A program made the translations under genes and the position numbers. Under the pieces are notes generated by a model. It saw only the letters and a program-made list of their open reading frames with translations, made no database searches and was not told the origin of the DNA. Source: an uncultured Candidatus Saccharibacteria bacterium (GTDB lineage: Bacteria; Patescibacteriota; Dojkabacteria; J137; JAEUSD01). Taken from it: a stretch of DNA of 55,801 nt. Location of the stretch: the NCBI GenBank assembly GCA_964446595.1, contig CAYUPY010000003.1, positions 1 through 55,801 on the forward strand. Reading direction: 5' to 3'. Within the stretch, counting starts at the first letter, position 1; every line of letters begins with the position of its first letter. Shown here one piece after another: positions 35,084-44,684 of this stretch.

Positions 35084-37060
35084 TTACTGTAATCGCCATG
35101 AGGATATAGAGGCGAAACGTTCCTCAATAGCATCAGCTCTAGTTAGGTCTACCTGATTTAACTCATTTTGAGTGTAGTAGATGAACTGCGGGTGATAAAG
35201 GAATATTGCCGGCACGTCTAAAAGCAGTTCTTGCTGAAACTCGGCGTAAGTATCTAGACGCTCTTTCTTAGCACTTAAAGGATCCAAGCTTCTCCCTACC
35301 TCTAAAAGTCTATCGATTTTGGGCAATGTCACTTTCTTGCCGTCTTCAATTTTTACTGTATTGTCAGTCCCTACGTAAGAAGAGAGGTTAGAGAGGCTCA
35401 TTTCCTTACTATGAAATAGCTCATATCTATCTGGGTCGATAAATGTACGCATCCCGTAAAGCAAGGTATCAAAAGTTTTACTTGAAACAACTTCGTTCAC
35501 CATCTCTCGTGGCTGTCTTGGGTCAGGAGTTACTTCAATCCCAATCTCCTTTAAATCCTCTACCAAAGAGTTAACTGTTTGCTCACGATCATAGTTATCA
35601 ACGTAAGAAAGCTTAAAACTAAGCCGTGTACCATTCTTAGTTAGTATTCCGTCGTTCCCGCGCACCCATCCTTCATCTTCTAAAATTTGACGTGCGCGCA
35701 CAGGATCAAACCCAAATCTGGTGGCTTCTGCATTGTAAAATTCACTTGACTTATGAATCGGACCTGTGGCCACTTCCCCGATAGTCAACGCTTCACTGAC
35801 AATTTTTTGCTTATTGATTGCCAAATTAATCGCTCTACGGACCCTAACATTGTCTAAAAAGGCTGGCCCCAATGGCTCTCCTTCTGGATTCTTCCTTAAG
35901 TTAAAGTAAAGTGCCCAGTATTGATACGTCAATACTTCACTAGTCAGAACTTGTAAATTAGGATAATTTTTAATTTCACTTAAGTTAATTGTGGACGGAG
36001 ACACCACTGAGTGAATTTCCCCTACTTGTAGAGCATACATTGCTTCATCTTCAGTACGGAACAACTTAAATACAATACGCTCAATTTGTCCGTGAGTTTC
36101 TCGATATAATTTGTTGGTAGTGAGTATTATTTCATCGTCTTCGCTACGGCTAAATACGAAAGGGCCTGTCCCTATTGGACTTCTATTTATTAGCGGCTCT
36201 GGTTGGTTAATATTCAGCACATTTAACTCACCAATTAAGTGCGCCGGCATTATCTTCACAGCCACCAACTCTAGAAAGTTAGATAGAATAGGCTTTTGCC
36301 CCGATGAATTAGTACATGGGCGGTCAAGCTGGTTATCCTTAAATGCTTGTAGATCTGACTGATCAAGAGTACAAATCGCAATAGCATTATCTCCTACCAC
36401 TTCCCAACCCATCTGATCTATAGCTTTAATAAACGCATTTTCACTTAACTCTTCGTTTTCGGTCAGCTGTTGCATTAATGCCAGAGTAGCCTCTACATCT
36501 TGGACTCCAAATGAACGCCCATCATGCCAAAAGATATCTTCTTTTAACTCGAAAATGTACTCAGCCCCTTCTTGGCGGCGAATAATGTTATTGGCTAATA
36601 CGTTTACAATTTCACCGTCTTGCTGATAGCGGATCAACGGCTCATAAATTAGTTCACTCAAATCCTTCTCTAATTGAATACTAGACGGTATTAACGGATT
36701 AACTTTGGCAAGTTTCTGCACGGCACCAGTTTCATCTACACCCATCACCACCCCCTCAGTTAAGGTGTTATGACTGTATGCAAATGCAGGGCTAGCAGCC
36801 AATTTAATCACCACAAATGTAAGCAAAGCAATAGCAATAAAGGCGAAGATTACATATGAAATAGGATTAAAGTGACGATAGATACGATAAGCAATCAGCG
36901 ACAACGAATTCTGCCCAAAGAAAAGATAATCTGGATAATTCCATAAAGCATCTCTAAGAATGTAGAAACCTTTTTCAATCTTCCCAAGTAACCCCCATAA
37001 TAGCCTGAAAGGAGCTAAAACCCTCTGATACCAAGGAGTAGGTTGTTCAATTGGAACCAT
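35084..37060 (-). CDS. membrane-anchored ABC-type substrate-binding protein, family 5 (peptide/nickel-type fold)
   Basis: 658 aa with a TM helix (YVIFAFIAIALLTFVVI). SBP_bac_5-like strings (IYEPLIRYQQDGEI, GTGPFVF, RRAINLAINK). No permease or ATPase gene nearby. Confidence 0.7.
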   Translation of the reverse strand: MVPIEQPTPWYQRVLAPFRLLWGLLGKIEKGFYILRDALWNYPDYLFFGQNSLSLIAYRIYRHFNPISYVIFAFIAIALLTFVVIKLAASPAFAYSHNTLTEGVVMGVDETGAVQKLAKVNPLIPSSIQLEKDLSELIYEPLIRYQQDGEIVNVLANNIIRRQEGAEYIFELKEDIFWHDGRSFGVQDVEATLALMQQLTENEELSENAFIKAIDQMGWEVVGDNAIAICTLDQSDLQAFKDNQLDRPCTNSSGQKPILSNFLELVAVKIMPAHLIGELNVLNINQPEPLINRSPIGTGPFVFSRSEDDEIILTTNKLYRETHGQIERIVFKLFRTEDEAMYALQVGEIHSVVSPSTINLSEIKNYPNLQVLTSEVLTYQYWALYFNLRKNPEGEPLGPAFLDNVRVRRAINLAINKQKIVSEALTIGEVATGPIHKSSEFYNAEATRFGFDPVRARQILEDEGWVRGNDGILTKNGTRLSFKLSYVDNYDREQTVNSLVEDLKEIGIEVTPDPRQPREMVNEVVSSKTFDTLLYGMRTFIDPDRYELFHSKEMSLSNLSSYVGTDNTVKIEDGKKVTLPKIDRLLEVGRSLDPLSAKKERLDTYAEFQQELLLDVPAIFLYHPQFIYYTQNELNQVDLTRADAIEERFASISSWRLQ

Positions 37061-37079
37061 AATATTTGGACTTTAAGAT

Positions 37080-37337
37080 TTAGTTAGTCCCTATGGCGGC
37101 GAGTACAAAAGAGGCAACAGCAAAACTAGTGATTAAAATTATTGTCGAATTATAAAGCCAAGCCTCTAATCCACGGCGAGACCGATAAACCTCAGCCGAA
37201 GAGCTACTACCACCAAAGGTTGTACCTAAGCCACCAGACCTTACCTGAAGTAAGATAACCACCATGATCGCTACCGAAATACCGGCAATTAAGTACTTTA
37301 AAATTATTTCGATTTGTGAAATTAACTCCGGATTCAT
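37080..37337 (-). CDS. secG: preprotein translocase subunit SecG
   Basis: 85 aa with two TM helices around LLQVRSGGLGTTFGGSSSS...RRGLE. GGAGG Shine-Dalgarno 6-7 nt upstream. TAATG overlap with the upstream gene. Confidence 0.72.
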   Translation of the reverse strand: MNPELISQIEIILKYLIAGISVAIMVVILLQVRSGGLGTTFGGSSSSAEVYRSRRGLEAWLYNSTIILITSFAVASFVLAAIGTN

Positions 37338-37753
37338 TATTTTCCTCCACTTTTTTGCAAAGACTTTAGCCCTAGTACACTAAGTGAGATTAAGACAGTG
37401 GCCAGCACCATTGTTTGTACTGGATTAAACTTTAGTGCCCCAGAAGTAACAATAGGTCTTAAATTAATGGTTGTTTGACCAATACTTCCCAAGCCAAAGA
37501 TACCTTGCTGTAAAATAAACATAAATATAAAAATTACTATTAGAGCCATTAAGAAAGTGGCCCCGTTATTTACAGGTACTTTAAAAAACTTCAGAATAGA
37601 AGGAATAGAAGCGATTAGCAATCCAAATAGCAAACCAGACCCTATGTTAATAAGGATATTGTTATTTGATCCAGCAATGTTAATGCCATTGAAAAAATTT
37701 AAGAAAAAATAAAACAACAAGGCGTTTATTATCACTTCGTATAAAAATTTCAT
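37337..37753 (-). CDS. small polytopic membrane protein (YvlD/phage_holin_4_2-like architecture)
   Basis: Start MKFLYEVIINALLFYFF at 37753; the track ORF extends to 37810. Four hydrophobic segments. The family call is weak. Confidence 0.45.
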   Translation of the reverse strand: MKFLYEVIINALLFYFFLNFFNGINIAGSNNNILINIGSGLLFGLLIASIPSILKFFKVPVNNGATFLMALIVIFIFMFILQQGIFGLGSIGQTTINLRPIVTSGALKFNPVQTMVLATVLISLSVLGLKSLQKSGGK

Positions 37754-37808
37754 GTATTCTGAATAACAAATTTTGCTTATTTTAGCACCAAACACTAATA
37801 TATTAAAC

Positions 37809-38588
37809 ATGGATTATCCGACCTTCAATTTGTTCGATGTTGTTGTGCCCAAGATTGAAGCACAGAGTTACGACGGTATCTCTCAGCCAACCTTTGGCCT
37901 ACTTGATATCGCTGAAGGTGAAAATCAGGCAGAACTTAACTTTACCACCGATACCACCTCTCCTGCAGTAGGTGAGACCTTTACTGTGGATGTGGAAATT
38001 TCTACAAAAGACTTTACTATTAATGAGTACCAGATAATTGTAGATTTTGACACTACTAAGCTTAGTGTACTTGATTCAGAACCAGATACCGCAGGAACCC
38101 AAGTTGAGTTTCTAGACTTAGTATACGTGGTAGAACCAGGAGATAATAACGTCCAGGATGGCAGAATAACATTAATTGCCCGTACTCCTTCCGGCAACGC
38201 GCTACAGGTCAACAGGGCTGTAGCTAGAATCACATTTCAATCACAAGAACAGGGAGTAACGGTCATTGAACCAGTAGCTACCTTCGAAGGTACAAAACTA
38301 ATTAATCAAAATGGTGTAGTTATAGACGCCAGCTTAAATAGCTTAACTCTCAATGTTGGCTCCGCAAGAACTAGTAGCGCGACCTCCACTAGCTCAAGTA
38401 CCTCTGCAAACGCGACTACCACTAGCGCCACTAGTTCATCTAGCGGACCAACTCAACCACCTGATCAAATACCTAACACAGGCATTTTTGATGATGGAGG
38501 GCTTGCAATACTGCCGCTTGCTATTGGTTTATTACTCGTAGTAGTAGGTGCACGACTAAGAGGTGAAGCAAAAAAGGGCAAGCCTTAG
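37809..38588 (+). CDS. cohesin-like domain protein with S/T linker and C-terminal IPNTG sortase-type sorting signal
   Basis: Cohesin-like pattern GETFTVDVEISTKDFTINEYQIIVDFDTTKLSVLD...DGRITLIARTPSG...ARITFQSQEQG...LNVG (nt 37929..38360). S/T linker. IPNTG + hydrophobic helix + RLRGEAKKGKP (nt 38469..38585). No obvious N-terminal signal peptide. Confidence 0.6.
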   Translation: MDYPTFNLFDVVVPKIEAQSYDGISQPTFGLLDIAEGENQAELNFTTDTTSPAVGETFTVDVEISTKDFTINEYQIIVDFDTTKLSVLDSEPDTAGTQVEFLDLVYVVEPGDNNVQDGRITLIARTPSGNALQVNRAVARITFQSQEQGVTVIEPVATFEGTKLINQNGVVIDASLNSLTLNVGSARTSSATSTSSSTSANATTTSATSSSSGPTQPPDQIPNTGIFDDGGLAILPLAIGLLLVVVGARLRGEAKKGKP

Positions 38589-38592
38589 AATT

Positions 38593-39546
38593 ATGAGCAG
38601 CTTACGCAAAATCAGCCGTAGCCGTAACTTTATGAACACCGGTATTACCTTGAGTATCGCCATAGGAGATGAAGTTAGTACAGTAGATGCGCTAGATGCG
38701 ATCGAGCTCGCCTTCGGCGAGTTCGATCGCATCGTAAAACTTTACACCCGCTTCAATGATACCAGTGAATTATCCAAATTAAATGCAGCCAGCAAAACAG
38801 GCCCTAGTTGGTACCCGGTTAGTAAAGAATTTCAGTTTCTAATTCAGACTATGCTTGACCTGGCCGCACAATCGAAAGGAGCCTTTGACCCTACTATAAT
38901 TGACTTTCTAGAAGAGTATGGCTATGACAAACACTATAACTTTAGAAAATTAGAGGAAGACAATTTGACTAGCAGGATCTCGACATTGGCTTCTACCCGC
39001 CCTAGTTGGCGGGAAATTGAGGTCAGGCCTCTAGAGGTAAAGCTGGCCCAGGGACAGCGCCTAGATTTAGGCGGCATCGGCAAAGGTTACGCTATGGATT
39101 GTGCCGCCGCTCATTTAGCTCAGTTTAAGAATTACCTGATCAATGCTGGTGGAGACTTAATCTGCCAGGGTGTAAATGAGATGGGAGAACCTTGGCAGTT
39201 AGCGCTTAAACACAAACATGAAGATCAAGAGATAATTATTGGTAAGTTCCAAGCTGAAAAACCTGAAAGCCCTGTGGCGTTAGGATGCTCTGGATCATGG
39301 GCTAGAAAAGTAAAAGATTTTCATCACCTGCTTCATCCCAGCTCTGGGAAGCCGGTAGCTGAGTTAGCTACCGTATTTGTGACTGCTCCCACAGCGATGT
39401 TAGCTGACGGTTGGGCCACTGCACTTTTTGTAGGAGGCAAAGAATTGTTACCTGTAATCCCTAAGGGTTATGAAGCGGTTTTAGTGAGCCATGACGGCCA
39501 AATTACCGGAACTCCGGCTTTAATTGAAAAGCTATTCCCTAAGTAA
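38593..39546 (+). CDS. apbE: FAD:protein FMN transferase (ApbE family)
   Basis: Motifs FMNTGITLSI, FDPTI, LDLGGIGKGYAMD, ADGWATALFV. The start at 38593 follows the upstream stop. Confidence 0.8.
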   Translation: MSSLRKISRSRNFMNTGITLSIAIGDEVSTVDALDAIELAFGEFDRIVKLYTRFNDTSELSKLNAASKTGPSWYPVSKEFQFLIQTMLDLAAQSKGAFDPTIIDFLEEYGYDKHYNFRKLEEDNLTSRISTLASTRPSWREIEVRPLEVKLAQGQRLDLGGIGKGYAMDCAAAHLAQFKNYLINAGGDLICQGVNEMGEPWQLALKHKHEDQEIIIGKFQAEKPESPVALGCSGSWARKVKDFHHLLHPSSGKPVAELATVFVTAPTAMLADGWATALFVGGKELLPVIPKGYEAVLVSHDGQITGTPALIEKLFPK

Positions 39547-39599
39547 TACTTAATTAGATCTATTTTTCTTGATATACTCAACCTGTTTAGAAAAGTTAC

Positions 39600-39947
39600 A
39601 TGCCGATTGCACCAAGTAGTGATGAAATTTTAACTAATACCCGCACATTTCTGCATAAGCAGGGACTAAACGAGAATGTGGAAGCAGAAGATAGATTAGA
39701 GAAGATCTTTGAGATCCTGGCAGCCAGCCGAAACACTGCTAGCGCGCTTTATAACTGGGAACCTCCTCAGGGAAAAGGACTGCCACGTAAAATAAAGAAC
39801 TTCATTCAGCTTAAGCTCAAAAACATTATTCTAAATACTTTAGAGAAGTATGTGATGAGACAACAGAAGTATAACGAGGTCGTCTACCAAGCATTACTAG
39901 AGATCAAAACAGAAATCAGGAGTTCAGATCATGGCCATCGCGACTAA
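39600..39947 (+). CDS. hypothetical 115-aa protein preceding the large glycosyltransferase
   Basis: ORF only. Its 3' end overlaps the next gene by 17 nt. Helical, K/E-rich. Confidence 0.4.
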   Translation: MPIAPSSDEILTNTRTFLHKQGLNENVEAEDRLEKIFEILAASRNTASALYNWEPPQGKGLPRKIKNFIQLKLKNIILNTLEKYVMRQQKYNEVVYQALLEIKTEIRSSDHGHRD

Positions 39948-42240
39948 ATCCAATCAAGAGAATATGCTAGCAAATGCTGGCTTGCAGGAAGAGAAGCCTC
40001 AAGTGCTGGTAGTTGGCCCTTACGCGTCAAACTATAGCTTTGCCAAAGTCAACCGCGGCCTTGCCTTAGGTTTAGCTCAAACAGCTAAATCGTATTCTGT
40101 GCGAATTTGGAGAGAACCATCAGTAGGTTTAGACTATGCTCCTTCCGAGGCTGACTTACAGAAACTACCTGGATTAGCGGAAATACTCACGAATAACGTA
40201 GAAGATACCGCTATCACTATTTACAATAGCTTTACACCTGACTCTGAATTTTATGGTTTAGAGACCTTGCCTGGCAGAATCAAACTTATGTATATGGCAT
40301 GGGAGGAAAGTGTATTCCCTGCTAGCCGGGTAACCGAAATGAATAAGCACCTACATGGGGTAATGACGGCCAGCTCTTTCACTAAAGAAATACTCCGTCG
40401 GAGCGGGGTACAAGTGCCAATTGTGGTTGTACCGAACGCCCTTGATGACAAGTTCTTAAGTTACACCCCAAAACCATACCCACTAAAAACCAAAAAGAAA
40501 GTAAAGTTTTTGCATATTAGTTCGGCGCGCATCCGTAAAGGAGTAGATGTAATGTTGCGCGCCTACTTTAACAGTTTCACAGCTGATGATGATGTAGTAT
40601 TAATTATTAAGAGTTTTCCTGGCCCAGACAACACTGTGAACGACCAGCTAGGCAAGTTAAGAAAGGATTACCCTAACGGACCTGAAGTACTGCACATTTT
40701 TGATCCCAATTTAAGTGAAGAAGAGCTTATTGACTTAACGGCGATGGCTGATGCCTGCGTCTACCCCACTCGCGCGGAGGGCTTTGGTCTCCCTATTGCT
40801 GAGGCTATGTTTCTTAAGCGTCCAACTATCGTAACTGGCTATAGCGGCCATATGGATTTTTGTGACGAAGACTCAGCCTTGCTAGTAGACTACGAAATTC
40901 AGGATGCCTCAGATTCAGAAATGGTTAATATTGGTGCTAAGTGGGCAGAACCTGATCAGAAAGACTTAGAAGCTAAACTGCGTTACGTTTACGAAAACAT
41001 AGGCAGTGAAAAATTAAAGGAACTTGGTAATGAAGCCTACGAGTATGTTGAGCACTTAACTTGGAAAGATAGTGCTGAACTTGCATGGGAATTTATTGAG
41101 GAGATACAAAACTACGCCAGTTTAAAAAGTCAAAAAGTAGCAGTGATGTCAGAAATAAATACGATCGGCGGCATCGCTGAGTATTGTCGCGATCTATATA
41201 ATTCAGTGCAACACAGCTTTAACGAATTCTACTTTATTGGGAACAGCGATGCTGCCGATCGCACCCGCGCGGACGCAGAAAATGTAGTAAGGCTTTGGGA
41301 ACAAGGCTCACAAGATTTTTCGAAAATAATCGGGTTTTTAAAGGAAAAACAGATTGACTATTTGCATATTCAACACCATTCCTCGTACCTCCCGATGAGC
41401 GCTTTAGCTAAGCTCATAAATACAGTAGCTCAACTAAAGTCAGACACAGGTATTAAGATTTTGCTTACCCCACATGATACCCAAAGCAAAGGTTCAGACT
41501 TTAGCCAGATTAAGACAGAACTAAAGCAAGTTGATCATATTTTTGCTCACAAACAGGTAGATTTAGACCTGTTTTTAAAACTGGGAGTGTCAAAAGAGGC
41601 TGTGTCGTTGTTCCCGCTACCCTTTGATGAGTATCCGTTGTGGTCTCAATCCCAATTACGAAGCAACATGCAGTTAGAAAATAATCATCCTATACTCGTT
41701 ACTCACGGTATTTACTCTTTTCACAAAGGACTGTTGCAAACTGCAGAAGCAGTAGCACAACTAAAGTCAGAATATCCACAGATTCTGTGGCTGGCAGTAA
41801 ATGCTATTAGCCCTAACAATATTTCTTCTAGTGATACTTTTGACCAAGTCCAAGCTAAGGCTAAGCAGTTGGAAATTGAAGAAAATGTGAGATTTTTCCC
41901 CGACTTTTTAGATTCGCTCGAGGTGATGGCACTACTTCAGGTTGCTGATATTGGCCTTTTAGTTTATGACGAGGTAGGTGAATCTGCTAGTGCGGCTGTA
42001 CGTAAGTTTTTAGCATCTGGAACTACAACAATTGTAACTGATATCCCAATGATGACAGAGCTAAATCACCAACAAGAAGTTTACAAAATAACCAATAATA
42101 AACCCGAACAAATTGCTCAAGGGATCAAAGATTTACTAACCAACCCGCAACTAGCCGATGATATTTCTACGAATGCTTTGGAAACTTCAGAAGCACAAAG
42201 CTGGGAAGTAATGGCCCGCAGAATGCTAATCATGTACTAA
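39931..42240 (+). CDS. two-module GT-B glycosyltransferase (GT4/GT1-like x2)
   Basis: 769 aa. AGGAG Shine-Dalgarno 8 nt upstream. The first module has YPTRAEGFGLPIAEAMFLKRPTIVTGYSG (E-x7-E region). The second half repeats the GT-B C-domain pattern (VYDEVGESASAAVRKFLASGTTTIVTD). Confidence 0.75.
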   Translation: MAIATKSNQENMLANAGLQEEKPQVLVVGPYASNYSFAKVNRGLALGLAQTAKSYSVRIWREPSVGLDYAPSEADLQKLPGLAEILTNNVEDTAITIYNSFTPDSEFYGLETLPGRIKLMYMAWEESVFPASRVTEMNKHLHGVMTASSFTKEILRRSGVQVPIVVVPNALDDKFLSYTPKPYPLKTKKKVKFLHISSARIRKGVDVMLRAYFNSFTADDDVVLIIKSFPGPDNTVNDQLGKLRKDYPNGPEVLHIFDPNLSEEELIDLTAMADACVYPTRAEGFGLPIAEAMFLKRPTIVTGYSGHMDFCDEDSALLVDYEIQDASDSEMVNIGAKWAEPDQKDLEAKLRYVYENIGSEKLKELGNEAYEYVEHLTWKDSAELAWEFIEEIQNYASLKSQKVAVMSEINTIGGIAEYCRDLYNSVQHSFNEFYFIGNSDAADRTRADAENVVRLWEQGSQDFSKIIGFLKEKQIDYLHIQHHSSYLPMSALAKLINTVAQLKSDTGIKILLTPHDTQSKGSDFSQIKTELKQVDHIFAHKQVDLDLFLKLGVSKEAVSLFPLPFDEYPLWSQSQLRSNMQLENNHPILVTHGIYSFHKGLLQTAEAVAQLKSEYPQILWLAVNAISPNNISSSDTFDQVQAKAKQLEIEENVRFFPDFLDSLEVMALLQVADIGLLVYDEVGESASAAVRKFLASGTTTIVTDIPMMTELNHQQEVYKITNNKPEQIAQGIKDLLTNPQLADDISTNALETSEAQSWEVMARRMLIMY

Positions 42241-43535
42241 GCCTGAAGCTTTCCGGCCACGTAACCACTACTCCAACTCCATGACAAATTAAAACCTCCT
42301 ACGTCCCCATCTACATCAAGGATTTCTCCTGCCAGGAATAAATTAGGGACTAAGTTTGATTCTAGAGTTGTTGTTTTTACTTGTGTGTTATTAATTCCTC
42401 CAGCTGTAAATTCAGCTTCATTCCAGCCACGAGTCCCGTCAACTTTAACGATATATTCGGTTATATTACCTGCCAACCTGGAAAGTTCTACTTGTGTAAC
42501 TTCACTTACCAACTTTGCGTTAGGCAGATCGGAAACCTGCAAGATAGCGGCGGCAAATTTATTTGGAAATAATCCGTATAGGCTCTTTTCGAGCCCTTGA
42601 TCAGGTCTCTTCTGCCATCTTTCTTGTAGTTCGTCTATCACTTCTTGTTTGGATTTTCCAGGAAGAAAATTAAGTTTCAGCGCAGCAGCGCTGCCTTGTT
42701 CTCGATGCACATGAATGCTGATTTCACGACTCACGTTAAGAATGACGGGGCCTGATAGACCATATTTTGTAAACATCATGTCGTCAGCACGGGTTTTAAT
42801 TTCTTGACCGTTAATGATAGAAGTAACTTGTGTCTCCATGCGCTGCCCTTGAAGTAGTTGCGAGAGGGGATTTTTAGCCTCTAAGGGCAGCGCAGAGGGG
42901 ACCGGTTCTACTAGTGAATGTCCTAACTCTTCAACCAAACTATATCCTGAGCCATTTGAACCTAATGCTGGATACGTTTTTCCCCCAGCGGATAGAATTA
43001 GATAGCTGGATACAAAACTATATTCTTGAACACGCTTGCCATCACGTTCTATCTCCCATGCTTGTAATTGAAAGTTTTCTTGTGGGAGGTTTGGTGCAGT
43101 AATTTTAGTAACTTCAGTATTCAAAAATACAGCGATTTTGGCACGCTCAATCTCGTCTAGCATCATTTCCGTAATTGTATGGGCCTGATTGGTAACGGGA
43201 AACATCTTCCCGATATCTGTTTTTCTTTCTACATATAGTCCCACGCCCAGGTCTTCAAAAAAACTAACAATATTATCAAAGCCAAACTGATTAAAAATTG
43301 ACTTAATAAAGTCATCTTGGGCCCCGTAATAGTGACTATCAATACTTTCGTGCAAATTGATGTTCGTAATATTACAGCGCCCTGCCCCACAAACTAGTAT
43401 TTTCCGCCCTAGGGCAAAAGTACGATCAAGAATAGCTATATTATATTCTGGATGGTGGCGACGTGCTGATATTGCAGCCATCATTCCTGCTGCTCCACCC
43501 CCTATTATTATGAGATCAAATTTCTTTTGCTCCAT
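42237..43535 (-). CDS. HI0933/BaiN-like FAD-dependent oxidoreductase
   Basis: Motifs DLIIIGGGAAGMMAA and KILVCGAGRCNITN, with the C-terminal GGFNLSWSWSSGYVAG. Confidence 0.8.
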   Translation of the reverse strand: MEQKKFDLIIIGGGAAGMMAAISARRHHPEYNIAILDRTFALGRKILVCGAGRCNITNINLHESIDSHYYGAQDDFIKSIFNQFGFDNIVSFFEDLGVGLYVERKTDIGKMFPVTNQAHTITEMMLDEIERAKIAVFLNTEVTKITAPNLPQENFQLQAWEIERDGKRVQEYSFVSSYLILSAGGKTYPALGSNGSGYSLVEELGHSLVEPVPSALPLEAKNPLSQLLQGQRMETQVTSIINGQEIKTRADDMMFTKYGLSGPVILNVSREISIHVHREQGSAAALKLNFLPGKSKQEVIDELQERWQKRPDQGLEKSLYGLFPNKFAAAILQVSDLPNAKLVSEVTQVELSRLAGNITEYIVKVDGTRGWNEAEFTAGGINNTQVKTTTLESNLVPNLFLAGEILDVDGDVGGFNLSWSWSSGYVAGKLQA

Positions 43536-43537
43536 TG

Positions 43538-44641
43538 TTATTCTGCGGTTATAAAATCTACAATTCGCTGAGCCACATTATCCCAACTGTACGTTTCAAT
43601 CAATGCTTGATGGGGCGGAGATTTAGGCTGTTTTGCTAATTCAGCAAATCCTTGTGCCATATCATTAATATCAGTAGGGTCTACAAAAATAGGATCCGAA
43701 TCAAACTCTATATGTCTAAATACTGGAATATCAGAACACAAAATAGGTAAACCACGGGAACGTGCTTCTATTAAGGGCAATCCAAATCCTTCTTCTATGC
43801 TTGTTTGCACGAATCCAGCAGACTGATCAAAAATATGGGGGAGATCTTCTTCTTCAAGAAACCCTAAAAATCGCACTTTTTTTTCTACCCCTAGCTCCTG
43901 TGCCTCAGCCAGTATCTGACCATATAGCCAGCCAGTTCCGCCCCCTATTAAATAATGAAAATCGGCTAAGTCAGGATAAGTCTTGATCGCTTGCGCAAAC
44001 GCTTTTACAGTCTGTTGGTAATTTTTGCGTGGTTGAACTGTACCGAGGCTGAAAAAATACTTCTTAGGAAGCTTTAACTTTCTTGAGACTTTGGCTTGTT
44101 GGTCTAAATCAATTGCAGTTTTAGTCCACTCTGCTAACCCCGCATCTGTCACAATTATCGGTTTTTCATAGCCTGGAAATTTCTTTTTAAATGCCAATTT
44201 AGTAGTTTCGGTAAGTGCGGCGATTTTGGTTGCAAAGAGCCGTGCAAACCAGAGACTCAGCCAAAATCGCCACCGTAGTCCTCCAGTCACTGTCTGCGGG
44301 TGGGTAATCGGTGATAGATCATGAATCACCTGCAATGTTGGAAAAAATACACAGGCAGTGTTCATAGTCACTTCTAGGAGGATGTCTACATCTTTCTCCC
44401 GTAACTGCCGACCGAGTAACCAATACCAGATAAACCCACCTCCTTGCCATTTGGGAACTGACGGCTGTACTAGAATGCTAGCGTTTTCTGGTAAATCAAA
44501 ATTTAGGACTTCATGCTGGCGCATACATAGCACAAACTCATGTTCAGAATTGTGCAACAGCGAGTTAAGTACTCCTTTTAGGTAATTATTTACCCCTGCT
44601 CCGTCACGATTAATTTGGCTTAAGTCAATTGCGATTCTCAT
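43538..44641 (-). CDS. family 4 (GT-B) glycosyltransferase
   Basis: Start MRIAIDLS at 44641; the track ORF extends to 44674. Motif SIEEGFGLPLIEARSRGLPILCSDIPVF. Confidence 0.8.
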   Translation of the reverse strand: MRIAIDLSQINRDGAGVNNYLKGVLNSLLHNSEHEFVLCMRQHEVLNFDLPENASILVQPSVPKWQGGGFIWYWLLGRQLREKDVDILLEVTMNTACVFFPTLQVIHDLSPITHPQTVTGGLRWRFWLSLWFARLFATKIAALTETTKLAFKKKFPGYEKPIIVTDAGLAEWTKTAIDLDQQAKVSRKLKLPKKYFFSLGTVQPRKNYQQTVKAFAQAIKTYPDLADFHYLIGGGTGWLYGQILAEAQELGVEKKVRFLGFLEEEDLPHIFDQSAGFVQTSIEEGFGLPLIEARSRGLPILCSDIPVFRHIEFDSDPIFVDPTDINDMAQGFAELAKQPKSPPHQALIETYSWDNVAQRIVDFITAE

Positions 44642-44684
44642 TACTTCAACATTATATCTTATAAAAGATATCATTTCTCTTCAC

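Noticed and set aside
31364-37753. Prophage or mobile-element interpretation, prompted by RadC and a phage_holin_4_2-like membrane protein.
   Set aside because: There are no integrase, transposase, capsid, terminase or att-like repeats. Both families are common chromosomal genes. The surrounding genes are housekeeping (secG, LemA, SBP).
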